64,000 nt of DNA, taken from an uncultured Gammaproteobacteria bacterium. Its GTDB lineage: Bacteria; Patescibacteriota; Patescibacteriia; Magasanikbacterales; UBA922. Under the pieces are notes generated by a model. It was not told the origin of the DNA, made no database searches, and saw only the letters and a program-made list of their open reading frames with translations. Made by a program: the position numbers and the translations under genes. Positions within the stretch are counted from its first letter, which is position 1; each line of letters opens with the position of its first letter. Shown here piece after piece: positions 1 to 9,975 of the stretch. The DNA lies in NCBI GenBank assembly GCA_964612105.1, contig CAZTEU010000005.1, positions 45,039-109,038 on the forward strand, written 5' to 3'.

Positions 1-1308
1 TCTTGCTGCCATTGTTCCAAAAGTAATAATCTGTGCAACTTTATCCTGACCATATTTCTTTGTTACATACTCAATCATTTCATCTCTACGATCATCAGCA
101 AAGTCTGTATCAATATCAGGCGGACTAGGTCGAAATGGATTCAGAAAACGTTCAAACGGAAGTTTAAAACGAATTGGGTCAACTGTTGTAATACCTAATA
201 CATAAGAAACTAATGATCCAGCTGCAGAACCACGAGTGGATTCAACAATTCCATTTTCTTTTGCAAAACGAACATAGTCAGCAACACAAATAAAATATGG
301 GGCATATCCTTTCTTTTCTATAATTCCCAATTCGTAGTCCATTCTTTCCTTAAGTTCATCATTAATTTCACTATAATAATTTGGAGCTAACCTGTAAGCC
401 TCTTCCCTCAAAAACTCATCGTCTGTTTTCCCTTCCGGAATATCCACAGGAGCAAAATGCCAATCGTTCAAAGGTATTTCCACATTACAACGTTCAGCAA
501 TCTTACCTGTATTCTCAATTGCTTGTGGTACATGACGAAAACGAGAAGATATATCTTCTGGAAGATTCATGGAGCGATCTACATGACGATAATCCTCCCT
601 GTCAGTTTGGTCTACTCTCCAACCCTTTCCAATACACATCATAATATCCTGAGCTTCTGCATCATCAGGGTTTGTATAATGAACATCACGTGTAACCACA
701 AGAGGAATACCTGTATCCTCTGAAATCTTAATCAAATCATTATTTACACTGAGTTGACCTTCAACTGCAGGATGATCCTGCAACTCCAGAAAGAAATTAT
801 TTTTTCCAAGAATATTCTCAAACTCAATTGCTTTTTGTTTTGCCTCATCATATCTACCTTGTTTTAATAACTGAGGAATCTGACCACTGATATTTCCAGA
901 AAGAGCAATTAATCCTTTTGAATATTTTTTTAGTAAATCTGTATCAAAACGAGGGAATCCATTAAAAAAACCTTCAAGATGGCTTTCTGAGGTCAATCTC
1001 ATCAAATTTTGATAACCCTCAAAAGTTTCTGCTAAAAACACAAGCTGAAAAACATCCTTGTCCTCCTGATTATCCTTATCTGTCATTTTTCTGGGCCCAT
1101 GAAAAAGTTCTGCCCCCACTATTGGTTTTATCCCCGCATCCAAACACTTCTCATAGAACTGTATGATTCCATACATTCCACCTGTGTCTGTAAGCGCAAT
1201 TGCAGAAAATCCTCTCTCTTTTGTAGTATTAACCAAACGAGGGACTTTAGTAAGTCCCTTAAGGAAGGAGAAGTGTGAGTGCACATGAAGGTGTACAAAG
1301 TCTGCCAT
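1..1308 (-). CDS. dnaE: DNA polymerase III alpha subunit DnaE, N-terminal part (PHP domain); continues beyond window start
   Basis: Reverse translation from ATG at 1306-1308 gives MADFVHLHVHSHFSFLKGLTKVPRLV...ALTDTGGMYG... (PHP-domain His/Asp motifs), continuing into polymerase core with no stop before position 1. Confidence 0.85.
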   Translation of the reverse strand, partial: MADFVHLHVHSHFSFLKGLTKVPRLVNTTKERGFSAIALTDTGGMYGIIQFYEKCLDAGIKPIVGAELFHGPRKMTDKDNQEDKDVFQLVFLAETFEGYQNLMRLTSESHLEGFFNGFPRFDTDLLKKYSKGLIALSGNISGQIPQLLKQGRYDEAKQKAIEFENILGKNNFFLELQDHPAVEGQLSVNNDLIKISEDTGIPLVVTRDVHYTNPDDAEAQDIMMCIGKGWRVDQTDREDYRHVDRSMNLPEDISSRFRHVPQAIENTGKIAERCNVEIPLNDWHFAPVDIPEGKTDDEFLREEAYRLAPNYYSEINDELKERMDYELGIIEKKGYAPYFICVADYVRFAKENGIVESTRGSAAGSLVSYVLGITTVDPIRFKLPFERFLNPFRPSPPDIDTDFADDRRDEMIEYVTKKYGQDKVAQIITFGTMAAR

Positions 1309-1413
1309 AGTCCTTAAATAATAAATCAGATTGGATTAAAACGCAATGGCTGGTCAATTGACTATAGTAATCCTCAAGAGTATAATTAGAATACTAATTA
1401 TTATTTTTTTCAT

Positions 1414-1851
1414 ATGAAAAAACACTCTCTAGTTCGTACAATATATTTATATTTGTTCGCACTTATAGGACTTATCCTAATTGTGATTGGAACAGTGGAC
1501 TTTGTTGACATGGCTCTTAAAACATATGTATTCACAGAAGCAGATAATCAAGAACGAATACACGACTCACAACCTTTGATGGCTCCAAGAAAAGTTGCGC
1601 AAGTTGCAGCACTTGGACAAGTAGAACTAGATGGTGATTTAGAACTTACAGAAGAACAAATGAAAGAAGTTGAGGTTTGGTTAGTGGAATACAAGGAGTG
1701 GCAAGATAAGCAAGAAAAATTTGATGCTGTAAGGTCACGAAGACATAGAGACGCCTCAAGAAACTTAGCTTTCATGTTGGTAGGTCTTCCTTTATACCTT
1801 TACCACTGGTCTGTTATTAAGAGAGAAACAAAAGATAAGAAGAATGCTTAA
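1414..1851 (+). CDS. hypothetical small membrane protein (N-terminal TM helix, C-terminal TM)
   Basis: ORF track; hydrophobic N-terminus LYLFALIGLILIVIG; no recognised domain. Confidence 0.5.
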   Translation: MKKHSLVRTIYLYLFALIGLILIVIGTVDFVDMALKTYVFTEADNQERIHDSQPLMAPRKVAQVAALGQVELDGDLELTEEQMKEVEVWLVEYKEWQDKQEKFDAVRSRRHRDASRNLAFMLVGLPLYLYHWSVIKRETKDKKNA

Positions 1852-2281
1852 CAGTATGTTTAAGAAAATTTCATTGCTAATTGCAGGTTTTGCCGTGATT
1901 GCAATAGTTGGAGGTGGTTGCACATCTCAGGATGCAAAAATACAAACTGACGAATTATCAAAAGTAGAAGAGACAGGCGAAGTTTCACAACTAAATCTTA
2001 CACAGGAAGTTAAGGAATTTAGCATAATAGCAAAAAATTGGGAGTTTGAACCTTCTGAAATTAAAGTAAAAAAAGGAGATAAGGTTAAACTTACAATTAA
2101 AAGTATAGATGTGGAGCATGGATTTAGTATTCCGGACTTCAATGTATCAAAAAAACTAATACCAGACGAAACAGAAGTGATAGAATTTACTGCAGACAAG
2201 ACGGGTACATTTACGTTCTTCTGTAATGTGTGGTGTGGAGCAGGACACTCAACAATGAGTGGAAAACTAATAGTCGAATAA
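1844..2281 (+). CDS. cupredoxin-like (blue-copper/CuA-like) lipoprotein
   Basis: Lipobox-like GGC after signal peptide; C-terminal HGF...FFCNVWCGAGHSTMSG motif (H, C, H, M copper-ligand spacing typical of cupredoxin fold). Confidence 0.6.
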   Translation: MLNSMFKKISLLIAGFAVIAIVGGGCTSQDAKIQTDELSKVEETGEVSQLNLTQEVKEFSIIAKNWEFEPSEIKVKKGDKVKLTIKSIDVEHGFSIPDFNVSKKLIPDETEVIEFTADKTGTFTFFCNVWCGAGHSTMSGKLIVE

Positions 2282-2286
2282 TCATA

Positions 2287-2322
2287 TATTAAAAAATCCC
2301 CACACTGGGGATTTTTTTATTT
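2287..2322. terminator. bidirectional rho-independent terminator hairpin (AAAAAATCCCCACACTGGGGATTTTTTT)
   Basis: Perfect stem TCCCCA/TGGGGA flanked by A-run and T-run between convergent genes. Confidence 0.8.
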
Positions 2323-2329
2323 CTTGAAA

Positions 2330-2668
2330 TTATTTACTCTTCTTTTTGGTTTTCTTGGGGCTAGCCTTTTTCTTCGTAACACGCTTATCAAATTCCGCCC
2401 CCAACTTCCCTACAACCATTTTTTCTACTAATCCCCCAACTGCCCCACTTAGGAATCCCATTTTATTAGACACCTGATCAACCTTGTCTCGTATAAACTC
2501 TACAGCATCCGCAATAAGTTCTAGCTTCTCCATTAAGTTCTCAATAATATCATTAGCATTTTTAAGAACTCTTGCTGCTTGATACAAAAGCCAGCATAAA
2601 AATATAGTAAACCACAAAACTGACAATGAGAGTGCTATATACAGCAAATCTTGTGATGAATCAAACAT
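2330..2668 (-). CDS. hypothetical protein with N-terminal TM helix and Lys-rich C-terminus
   Basis: ORF track; TG-extended -10 promoter 35 nt upstream. Confidence 0.5.
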   Translation of the reverse strand: MFDSSQDLLYIALSLSVLWFTIFLCWLLYQAARVLKNANDIIENLMEKLELIADAVEFIRDKVDQVSNKMGFLSGAVGGLVEKMVVGKLGAEFDKRVTKKKASPKKTKKKSK

Positions 2669-2699
2669 AGACAGGCAATTAAAAGTAAAATTAAGTAAT

Positions 2700-2713
2700 A
2701 ATATTATAGCACA
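2700..2713 (-). promoter_or_regulatory. TG-extended -10 promoter (TTGTGCTATAAT on minus strand)
   Basis: Plus-strand TATTATAGCACAA; same 13-mer recurs at 10027-10040 and 38317-38330, each just upstream of a minus-strand gene. Confidence 0.55.
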
Positions 2714-2741
2714 ATTTGTTGATGAGATAAAATATCAACAA

Positions 2742-2990
2742 CTATATCAAACTATTCATTGTCTTTAACTCTTTTAGGTCCTTATTGTACTTATCTAATG
2801 TTTCTCCATGTCTACTTAAACCATGACGTATCATAATAACTTCCTGCTCAGTCCTTTTTACTATCCCAAGTATCTGATCCATAAAATCAACAACTACGTT
2901 GTGATCCTCTCTTTTAACCATGTTTTCCTCAATTCTATCCAATCTGTCTCTGTGGTTTAAGAGCATAAGGATAACTTTTTCCTCCTCCAT
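2742..2990 (-). CDS. hypothetical protein (82 aa)
   Basis: ORF track only. Confidence 0.35.
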   Translation of the reverse strand: MEEEKVILMLLNHRDRLDRIEENMVKREDHNVVVDFMDQILGIVKRTEQEVIMIRHGLSRHGETLDKYNKDLKELKTMNSLI

Positions 2991-3088
2991 AAATATATAG
3001 CTTATAAATTATATATCTATAATATCAACCCTATTATTCCAAGTCAAAAAAGTTGGCATTTATATACCAAAAGTAAACGAACTGTTTA

Positions 3089-5485
3089 CTAATCGCGAAT
3101 ATTAGCCCCAAACTTCTTCTTAAGTACTTCTTTTATTTTCTTCTCAATCTTACCAACCTCTTCTGTCTCTAATGTTTTCTCATCTGACCTATACTCTATA
3201 TGATATGCCATACTCTTTTTGCTTTCACCAAGTTTTTTACCTTCAAATACATCGAACAGCTCTGCGTTCACAACCAGATTATTTGATTTCAGTACTGTAT
3301 TCACAATCTGTGCATGTTCAACACTTTTGTCTACAACAAGAGCAATATCATGTATTACACTTGGGTATACAGGTAATCTAGAATATGACCCCTCTTCTAG
3401 CACTAGGCCTGATAGTACACTTAAATTAATTTCCGCAATTGCAACACGATTATCTATACCAAAAGCTTCCTGTGTTGCGGGGTGTAATTCTCCAACAAAA
3501 CCAACATCTGTACCATTTACTTTTATCTCAGCAAACCTACCAGGGTTTATAAATGGTAAACCTGTCTTACCAGATGTTGAAATTATTTCTATTTCTTTGT
3601 TATTTAATGAATCTGTAACAGCATTACTTACTTCATAGAAAGGAACATCATTTCCTTTCTGCGTAAACGCAACAGCAAGCATTGTATCTTGTCTTTCTAT
3701 ATTTTTATTATCAAATGTTCTTCCAATCTCAAACAGCTTTACTGAATTAAATCTATGAGCATTCATCTCTATTTTCTCCAGTAGGTTTGGAATTAGATGT
3801 TTTCTTAAATATGGTCGTTCTTTAGAAACCGGATTGTCTAATTCTAAATAGTCTTTTTTGTTAAGCCCTACTCTTACTATTGTCTGCCCTGACACGAAAG
3901 AATAATTATGAACCTCTGAGTATCCTTGCCCATAGGCTAATTGTTCTGTAATTTTCCTCTCCAGAGAGCGTATAGGATTATTAGCTGGTGGCTTTATTCC
4001 AAACGTAGGTAAAGTAGGTTGTATATTTTCATATCCATATATACGTGCAACTTCCTCAACTATATCTTCTGCAATAGAAATATCTTTAGTTGCTCTCCAA
4101 GATGGAACACTAACACTAAATACTCCACCTTTTACTTTCACACCAAAACCAAGCCTATCTAATATGTTCACCGCAATGCCCATTTCTATACTTTCTCCAA
4201 TTCTTTCCTCTATATAGGAGAAATCAATTTCAATAGGACCTTGATTAAGTTCAAAATTACTTTCATCAACAATATTACTACTCACTTCTGCACCAGGAAT
4301 TAATTCTTTCACTAGTTCTACTGCACGCCTAAGAGCAATTTCTGCATTGTTTGGATCTAAACTCTTTTCAAAACGAGATGATGAGTCTGTTCTTACACCA
4401 ATTGCTGTAGAAGTTTTCCTAACATTTGTAGAATCAAAATTTGCAGATTCAAAAACGATGTCTGTTGTTCCTTCTTCTACCTCACTATTTGCACCACCAA
4501 TTACCCCAGCAATTGCTATAGCTTTATTCTTGTCTGCAATAACAAGATTCTCACTTGTTAATGTTTGTTTTTGTCCGTCTAGAGTATCAATACCCTCTCC
4601 CTTTTTTGCATTCCTAATAATTATTTCATCCCCTATCTTACTTCCATCAAAAGCATGCATTGGCTGTCCAATATCCAACATTACATAATTTGTTATATCC
4701 ACTATATTGTTTATAGGACGCACGCCAACAGATTGCAATCTTGACTGCATCCAAGAAGGCGATGAGCCTATCTTAATTCCACTCATAGCAACAGCCATAT
4801 ATCGCGGACAAAGAATCTTATCTTTTACTTTTGCAGATAACTTACGCTTCCTTCCTGCTTTTATCTTTGCGGGTTTATATTCAATTAATTTTTTCTGATA
4901 AATTGCTGAGGCTTCGCGTGCTATTCCATAATGACCCCACAGGTCTGGGCGATGTGTCATTGATTTATTATCTACCTCCAAAACAACATCATCTTGTGCC
5001 AAAGCTTTCATTAATGGTGTCCCAATCTCAAAATCCAAATGACTTAAATCTATAATTTCCTTTTCGTCTTTCTGAGGAAAAAGTTCGCCTAAACCAATTT
5101 CTTCCGATGCACAAATCATTCCAAAACTTTCCACACCTCTTATTTTTGTTTTTTTGAGCTCTATTAATTCTTCTTCTCCGTGCCATTTTACTTTTGCACC
5201 AAGTTTTCCTAGTGCAACCTTCATCCCTTTTGTAACATTAGAACCACCGCACACAACTTGCACCTCTCCATTACCAATATCTACATGACATACTTTTAGT
5301 CTATCTGCGTCTGGATGTTTCTCTACTTTATTAACTAGACCAATTACAACATTGTGTAACAACTCCCCAAGAGTTGATACACCTTCAATTTCTACTGTTC
5401 TAATTGTGAGTTTCTCAGCTAAATCTTCCGGAGTTACCTTTTCCAGATTTACATAATCAGAAAGCCAATTTTTTGAAATCAACAT
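3089..5485 (-). CDS. pheT: phenylalanine--tRNA ligase beta subunit
   Basis: 798 aa; N-terminal MLISKNWLSDYV..., B3/B4 and FDX-ACB-like C-terminus; immediately downstream of pheS. Confidence 0.95.
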   Translation of the reverse strand: MLISKNWLSDYVNLEKVTPEDLAEKLTIRTVEIEGVSTLGELLHNVVIGLVNKVEKHPDADRLKVCHVDIGNGEVQVVCGGSNVTKGMKVALGKLGAKVKWHGEEELIELKKTKIRGVESFGMICASEEIGLGELFPQKDEKEIIDLSHLDFEIGTPLMKALAQDDVVLEVDNKSMTHRPDLWGHYGIAREASAIYQKKLIEYKPAKIKAGRKRKLSAKVKDKILCPRYMAVAMSGIKIGSSPSWMQSRLQSVGVRPINNIVDITNYVMLDIGQPMHAFDGSKIGDEIIIRNAKKGEGIDTLDGQKQTLTSENLVIADKNKAIAIAGVIGGANSEVEEGTTDIVFESANFDSTNVRKTSTAIGVRTDSSSRFEKSLDPNNAEIALRRAVELVKELIPGAEVSSNIVDESNFELNQGPIEIDFSYIEERIGESIEMGIAVNILDRLGFGVKVKGGVFSVSVPSWRATKDISIAEDIVEEVARIYGYENIQPTLPTFGIKPPANNPIRSLERKITEQLAYGQGYSEVHNYSFVSGQTIVRVGLNKKDYLELDNPVSKERPYLRKHLIPNLLEKIEMNAHRFNSVKLFEIGRTFDNKNIERQDTMLAVAFTQKGNDVPFYEVSNAVTDSLNNKEIEIISTSGKTGLPFINPGRFAEIKVNGTDVGFVGELHPATQEAFGIDNRVAIAEINLSVLSGLVLEEGSYSRLPVYPSVIHDIALVVDKSVEHAQIVNTVLKSNNLVVNAELFDVFEGKKLGESKKSMAYHIEYRSDEKTLETEEVGKIEKKIKEVLKKKFGANIRD

Positions 5486-5486
5486 A

Positions 5487-6497
5487 TTAAAACTGTTTCA
5501 AAAATCTTAAATCCCCACTCCTTAAGTGGCGTATGTCTTCAATATGATACTTAAGCATCACAAGACGATCAAAACCAATACCAAAGGCAAGTCCCTGATA
5601 CTCTGCTGGATCTAAACCAGCCTCACGAATAACATTCGGATGCATAAGGCCACAGCCTAACATTTCCATCCATTTTTCATTTCCGTTAACATCTGTATAT
5701 TTTATATCCAATTCAAAACCAGGCTCAACAAACGGGAAATAACCTGGACGCAACCTTACATCCATCTCTTTCCCATAAAAACCAGAGATAAGTTCCTTCA
5801 TAACCCCTATTAAATGCCCTACTGTTATATTTTTATCAACTACAAATGCTTCAAACTGTTCAAAAGTATGTTCGTGTGTTGAATCCAGAGCCTCATTACG
5901 ATATACACGACCTGGATAAGCTATGCGCAAAGGTGCACCATATTTTTTTAGCAAACGTACCTGCATGTTAGAAACATGAGGGCGCATGCACATTTTTTCA
6001 TTTCCTTTTATATAAAACGTGTCTTGACTATCTCTTGCAGGGTGGTACGCAGGAATATTTAACGCTTCAAAACAATAATAATCACTATCCAGCTCTGGAC
6101 CATCTTCCACCATAAAACCCATTCTCTTAGCCACATCTTCCATATGCCACATTGCTTGTGTAATAGTATGTATATTCCCCTGTTCTCTTCTTGGTACTAA
6201 AGGTTGAGTTACATCAATCTTTTCTGCCTTTGCTACATCATCCCACTTTTTTCTTTTAAGCTCTTGTTTCTTTTCTTCAATGCCTCCAACCATAATTTGT
6301 TTTATCTCATTGGCTGTTTTACCAACTTCTTTTCTCATATCCTCAGATAAGTCTTTCATCTCTTTCATAACTAAACTCATCTTTCCTGTCTTACGAGCAA
6401 AAAAATCTTGTTCTAACTCTTCTAGAACATTAAGAGTGCCAACCTTCTTTAATTGCTTAACGAATGAATCCTGAAGTTTTTTAAGTTTATTTTCCAT
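5487..6497 (-). CDS. pheS: phenylalanine--tRNA ligase alpha subunit
   Basis: 336 aa; class II aaRS motifs (FRNE..., GxGxGFDRLVML). Confidence 0.95.
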   Translation of the reverse strand: MENKLKKLQDSFVKQLKKVGTLNVLEELEQDFFARKTGKMSLVMKEMKDLSEDMRKEVGKTANEIKQIMVGGIEEKKQELKRKKWDDVAKAEKIDVTQPLVPRREQGNIHTITQAMWHMEDVAKRMGFMVEDGPELDSDYYCFEALNIPAYHPARDSQDTFYIKGNEKMCMRPHVSNMQVRLLKKYGAPLRIAYPGRVYRNEALDSTHEHTFEQFEAFVVDKNITVGHLIGVMKELISGFYGKEMDVRLRPGYFPFVEPGFELDIKYTDVNGNEKWMEMLGCGLMHPNVIREAGLDPAEYQGLAFGIGFDRLVMLKYHIEDIRHLRSGDLRFLKQF

Positions 6498-6897
6498 CTT
6501 TTCTTCTAAAAGGAATTACACTGTCCCCACCTTCTGCCCTAACTTCCGCACGAACTTCTTGCTCCTCCTCATTGTACATTCTTAACAACTCGTCTTTAAG
6601 TGCGTTTAGATATTTTGCCTTTTCTTTCACTAAGTGTTCTTGGGCAAGTATACCAAGATTTGCTTCATCAGAGCTGTCCAAATAATGCGTATAATGTTCT
6701 GCAAACCTGCGAAAAGCCTGTTCCACTTTCTCCTGGAATGAAAGTTCCGCTGTCTCTTTTTCCACACTTACATCATAAAAATCCGTTAGCAACCTCTCTG
6801 TCCAATTATCTGTGTCTTTCTGTATATAAGCCCCAAGTCTATCCACTTTGGATAACAGATTCTCAAACCTTCTCATTTGTACGGACACGACTGCCAT
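6487..6897 (-). CDS. hypothetical protein (136 aa), overlaps pheS start by 11 nt
   Basis: ORF track; acidic helical protein, no recognised domain. Confidence 0.45.
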   Translation of the reverse strand: MAVVSVQMRRFENLLSKVDRLGAYIQKDTDNWTERLLTDFYDVSVEKETAELSFQEKVEQAFRRFAEHYTHYLDSSDEANLGILAQEHLVKEKAKYLNALKDELLRMYNEEEQEVRAEVRAEGGDSVIPFRRKDGK

Positions 6898-6901
6898 ATT
6901 A

Positions 6902-8080
6902 TCAAATTAACTTTACAACATCTCTCCAAGTAACAACTATAATTAAAATCATAAGCAACACAAAACCTATCATATGTGCTGTCTGCTCATATTTCATTGG
7001 TACAGGTTTTTTTGTAATCTTCTCTATTATAACAAATAATAGGCGCCCACCGTCAAGTGCAGGGATTGGTAAAATATTTAATGCGGCCAAAGATAATGAA
7101 ATTACAGCACTAATGTGGATTAAATAGCTTATTCCCAACTTAGCACTTGCACCAATAACATTAGCTATACCAACAGGACCAGCAACCTCAAACAACAATC
7201 CTTGGCCTACAATAAGATTTTTAATTAACAAGAAAAATCCAATAAATATATTCACTAGCATTATGCCTGCTCCCATAAATCCTTTTACAATAGCTAGATG
7301 CCATGGGTAACGAACTATACCTGCGTTTCCAAGAATCACGCCAAGCTTTGGAACACTCTCTCCTTTTATCATAGCTGGGGCTATGGAATAGCTAATCTTT
7401 TCCTTTCCTCTTAATATTTCTAGTTCTATAGTATCAGAAGACGCTTCTGTATGCTCGTTAATATAACCAACCATTTCTGCCATGTCTTTAATCACCATTC
7501 CATTTATAGCAAGCACCTTATCTCCATATTGTATTCCAGCCTTATCTGCTGGAGTATCCACTTGCACCTGCTGTATCATTACAAAAGGACCCTCAACAAT
7601 AACTGCACTGTCATCAACACCACCACTAATATCTGTAGGTAAACCAATCATTAATCCTCCTGCTAGAAGCAACGCAGCAAGAATAAAATTCATTGTAACA
7701 CCAGCAACCAAAACCAAGGCTCTTTTCCATAACGAATGATACATAAAAGAGTCTTTCTCATTCCTTGCCTCACCATTCTCCCCTTTTATTTTTACAAAAC
7801 CACCTAGTGGTAACCAGTTAAAAGAATAAAGAGTCGTTGGATATTCCTGCTCTCTTTTCTCTCCACCAGCTGTTTGTTTTAATGAACTCTTTCCATTTCC
7901 CCACACCCACCTCCATTTTCCTGTTTTTGGATTCTTATAAACCCCACCAAGTCTTGGAGGAAAACCAAGACCAAATTCATATACTTTCATTCCGCTTTTG
8001 CGTGCAACAATAAAATGCCCCCATTCGTGGGCAATAACAAGTACAGATAATACCGCTAAGAAAATTATTAGTGTTAGCAT
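6902..8080 (-). CDS. rseP: RIP metalloprotease RseP / site-2 protease (M50) with PDZ domain
   Basis: HEWGHF (HExxH) in first TM, PDZ-like middle, C-terminal TMs. Confidence 0.85.
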   Translation of the reverse strand: MLTLIIFLAVLSVLVIAHEWGHFIVARKSGMKVYEFGLGFPPRLGGVYKNPKTGKWRWVWGNGKSSLKQTAGGEKREQEYPTTLYSFNWLPLGGFVKIKGENGEARNEKDSFMYHSLWKRALVLVAGVTMNFILAALLLAGGLMIGLPTDISGGVDDSAVIVEGPFVMIQQVQVDTPADKAGIQYGDKVLAINGMVIKDMAEMVGYINEHTEASSDTIELEILRGKEKISYSIAPAMIKGESVPKLGVILGNAGIVRYPWHLAIVKGFMGAGIMLVNIFIGFFLLIKNLIVGQGLLFEVAGPVGIANVIGASAKLGISYLIHISAVISLSLAALNILPIPALDGGRLLFVIIEKITKKPVPMKYEQTAHMIGFVLLMILIIVVTWRDVVKLI

Positions 8081-8208
8081 AATTAGAGAGATTATCTCAT
8101 ATAATTATGGATAATTCAACAAAACGTTTACTTCTTAGGATTTTCCTGAGTCCAATTTGAGTAATTCTCGGGTTTTAAGTATACTCTAAACATAATTGAT
8201 TAAAAATT

Positions 8209-8559
8209 ATGGATAAATACACAGTATGGCATAATCCCAGATGTGGAAATAGCCGAGGAACAATAGAACTGTTAAAAGAAAGAGGTATAGAGCCAGATAT
8301 AAAACTATATTTGGAGAACGTCCCAAGTGAAGATGAGCTAAAAAATGTTGCTAGACTTCTTAATAAAAAACCTATTGAGTTTACTAGAACAAAAGAGAAA
8401 GCGTTTAAAGAAGCAAATCTGAGAAAAGATAGTAGTGATGAAGAAATAATTAAGGCAATGAAAAAATATCCAATACTTATACAAAGACCAATTGTAATAA
8501 AAGACAATAAAACAGCAGTAATAAGTAGACCGCCAGAAACCGTGCTAGATTTCATATAA
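8209..8559 (+). CDS. ArsC/Spx-family protein (arsenate reductase-like, thioredoxin fold)
   Basis: MDKYTVWHNPRCGNSRGT... N-terminal Cys in ArsC/YffB-like context. Confidence 0.75.
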   Translation: MDKYTVWHNPRCGNSRGTIELLKERGIEPDIKLYLENVPSEDELKNVARLLNKKPIEFTRTKEKAFKEANLRKDSSDEEIIKAMKKYPILIQRPIVIKDNKTAVISRPPETVLDFI

Positions 8560-8560
8560 C

Positions 8561-8590
8561 AAAAAAAGCGCTATGCGCTTTTTTTAATAC
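8561..8590. terminator. rho-independent terminator (AAAAAAAGCGCTATGCGCTTTTTTT)
   Basis: Stem AAGCGC/GCGCTT with flanking A/T runs. Confidence 0.75.
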
Positions 8591-8679
8591 TAGACAAAAA
8601 GGTATGGGAGCGAACGAATCTTGTTTCTACGCCCCCTCAACCCCGCCCCAGATGGGACTAGTGTGGGACGGCGAGGCTA

Positions 8680-8916
8680 CTAACCCCTACTCGTGGTGTT
8701 GCTGTTCCAGACGAGGTCGAAGACCAGCGCCAGGAATAGGCTCATCGTGCAGATGCAGAACAGCACGATGCCGGTGTCGAACATCATGTGCTCGAAACCG
8801 TTCAGCCTGATACCATTGCAGCTGATGGCTGCACTTCGGTACATCGCGGATGCACCACCCACGATGAACAGAACTATGCAACCGATGAAGCAAGAACCAA
8901 ACAGCTTCCAGAACAT
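8680..8916 (-). CDS. small membrane protein (78 aa), island A gene 1
   Basis: Two hydrophobic helices; AAGGAGGGGAAA immediately upstream of ATG (rc of 8917-8932). Confidence 0.6.
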   Translation of the reverse strand: MFWKLFGSCFIGCIVLFIVGGASAMYRSAAISCNGIRLNGFEHMMFDTGIVLFCICTMSLFLALVFDLVWNSNTTSRG

Positions 8917-8990
8917 TTTCCCCTCCTTGAGGAATAGGTAACCTTACGGTCACCAGCGATAAGTACGTTCGCTCAACCTTTCTATCTAGT

Positions 8991-9040
8991 ATAGATTGTA
9001 AAGAGTTTTTGTTTTACCAAACAAAGAAGTGACGGGAGTG
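8991..9040 (+). repeat. intergenic repeat copy 1 (TTGTAAAGAGTTTTTGTTTT ... AAGAAGTGACGGGAGTGAA)
   Basis: Near-identical 20-mer plus related purine-rich 19-mer also at 9576-9628; third inverted partial copy at 9955-9975. Confidence 0.7.
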
Positions 9041-9084
9041 AATTGGATTCAGACTCGCCACCTCGCAGGCTCCTTCTCCTGCGA

Positions 9085-9498
9085 TCAGCGACGGCCCGTG
9101 TGTTGCTCGTCTGCGATCGTCGCCACCCCGGCGAACAGGATAGCGACACTGATGAGCCCAAGGATGGCCCACACCGTCGCCTCTGGATTCAGCACCATCT
9201 GGGCGCTGAATATTCCGCCGTACATGACGGCGGTGAAAACCATCCCAGCGAAGCTCGCCAACCAGACGAACATCCCCGTAACCAGGATTACCATCCCATC
9301 CCAGCGGGAGAAGGTCGACAGGTTGCAGATGCAACCCAAACCAGCCGCCACGAAGATGAAGGCGCCGATCAACAGCGCCAATGTCGCGAACTCGAGGAGG
9401 AACGGCAGGGTGAACACCCAGCCGAACACCTTCATGGCCACGCCCATGATGGTCGCGACTAGAGCCAAACTGACCGTCGGGATATCAAAGAAACGCAT
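9085..9498 (-). CDS. polytopic small membrane protein (137 aa), island A gene 2
   Basis: Four hydrophobic segments; CAAGGAGGAGAAAATG upstream. Confidence 0.6.
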   Translation of the reverse strand: MRFFDIPTVSLALVATIMGVAMKVFGWVFTLPFLLEFATLALLIGAFIFVAAGLGCICNLSTFSRWDGMVILVTGMFVWLASFAGMVFTAVMYGGIFSAQMVLNPEATVWAILGLISVAILFAGVATIADEQHTGRR

Positions 9499-9575
9499 TT
9501 TCTCCTCCTTGCTCGTCTACTGACGAGCTGTAGGCGTTTCGTCCAAAATTCACTCCACTTCTTTATTTGGTATAA

Positions 9576-9628
9576 GTTGTAAAGAGTTTTTGTTTTTCTA
9601 CTAAACAAGAAAGCGAGGAGGTGAACAT
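9576..9628 (+). repeat. intergenic repeat copy 2 (TTGTAAAGAGTTTTTGTTTTT ... AGAAAGCGAGGAGGTGAA)
   Basis: See copy 1. Confidence 0.7.
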
Positions 9629-9683
9629 AGTACGTTACAACCCCTCGCTGGAAACTGCTCCACAGGAAAAGGGTTGAAAGATC

Positions 9684-9920
9684 TCACTCGACGTCGTTGC
9701 ACACCGAGCGCACGGGCTCCTCATCGCTGTACCAGCCGAGGGGGGCTGCATAAACGACGAGGCCACCGATGCTCCCGAGGGAGGCCAGGGACAGACCCAG
9801 AATGGCCGTCTCCACCCGCCCCGCATCAGGGACGAGGAACAGGCCGGTGGCGAAGAGCCCCAGACCCACGAGGAGGAGGATGAAGAAACAGTGGGAATCA
9901 CGATCACGGCGACTACGCAT
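9684..9920 (-). CDS. small membrane protein (78 aa), island A gene 3
   Basis: Two hydrophobic helices; GGAG 8 nt upstream of ATG; TG-extended -10 promoter at 10027-10040. Confidence 0.5.
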   Translation of the reverse strand: MRSRRDRDSHCFFILLLVGLGLFATGLFLVPDAGRVETAILGLSLASLGSIGGLVVYAAPLGWYSDEEPVRSVCNDVE

Positions 9921-9954
9921 GGCAAACTCCAGCCTAGGTTACTTGAACGACGAT

Positions 9955-9975
9955 GTGTCGGACTTGTTCACCTCG
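9955..9975 (-). repeat. inverted partial repeat copy 3 (rc: AAGAAAGCGAGGTGAACA)
   Basis: Reverse complement matches purine-rich half of copy 2; lies about 40 nt upstream of island A gene 3. Confidence 0.6.

Noticed and set aside
381-723. ORFs 381-644 and 457-723 on plus strand
   Set aside because: Antisense to the dnaE PHP-domain coding region, which translates to a clear DnaE N-terminus.
8687-8953. Minus-strand 88-aa ORF and plus-strand 82-aa ORF (8693-8941) overlapping island A gene 1
   Set aside because: Alternative frames of GC-rich DNA; only the 78-aa frame has an SD and membrane-protein character.
9029-9523. Plus-strand ORFs 9029-9523 (164 aa) and 9043-9462 (139 aa), antisense to island A gene 2
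   Set aside because: They are Arg/Pro-rich products typical of spurious antisense frames in GC-rich DNA. No usable RBS (GTG/TTG starts). The minus-strand frame encodes a coherent four-helix membrane protein with AAGGAGGAG upstream.
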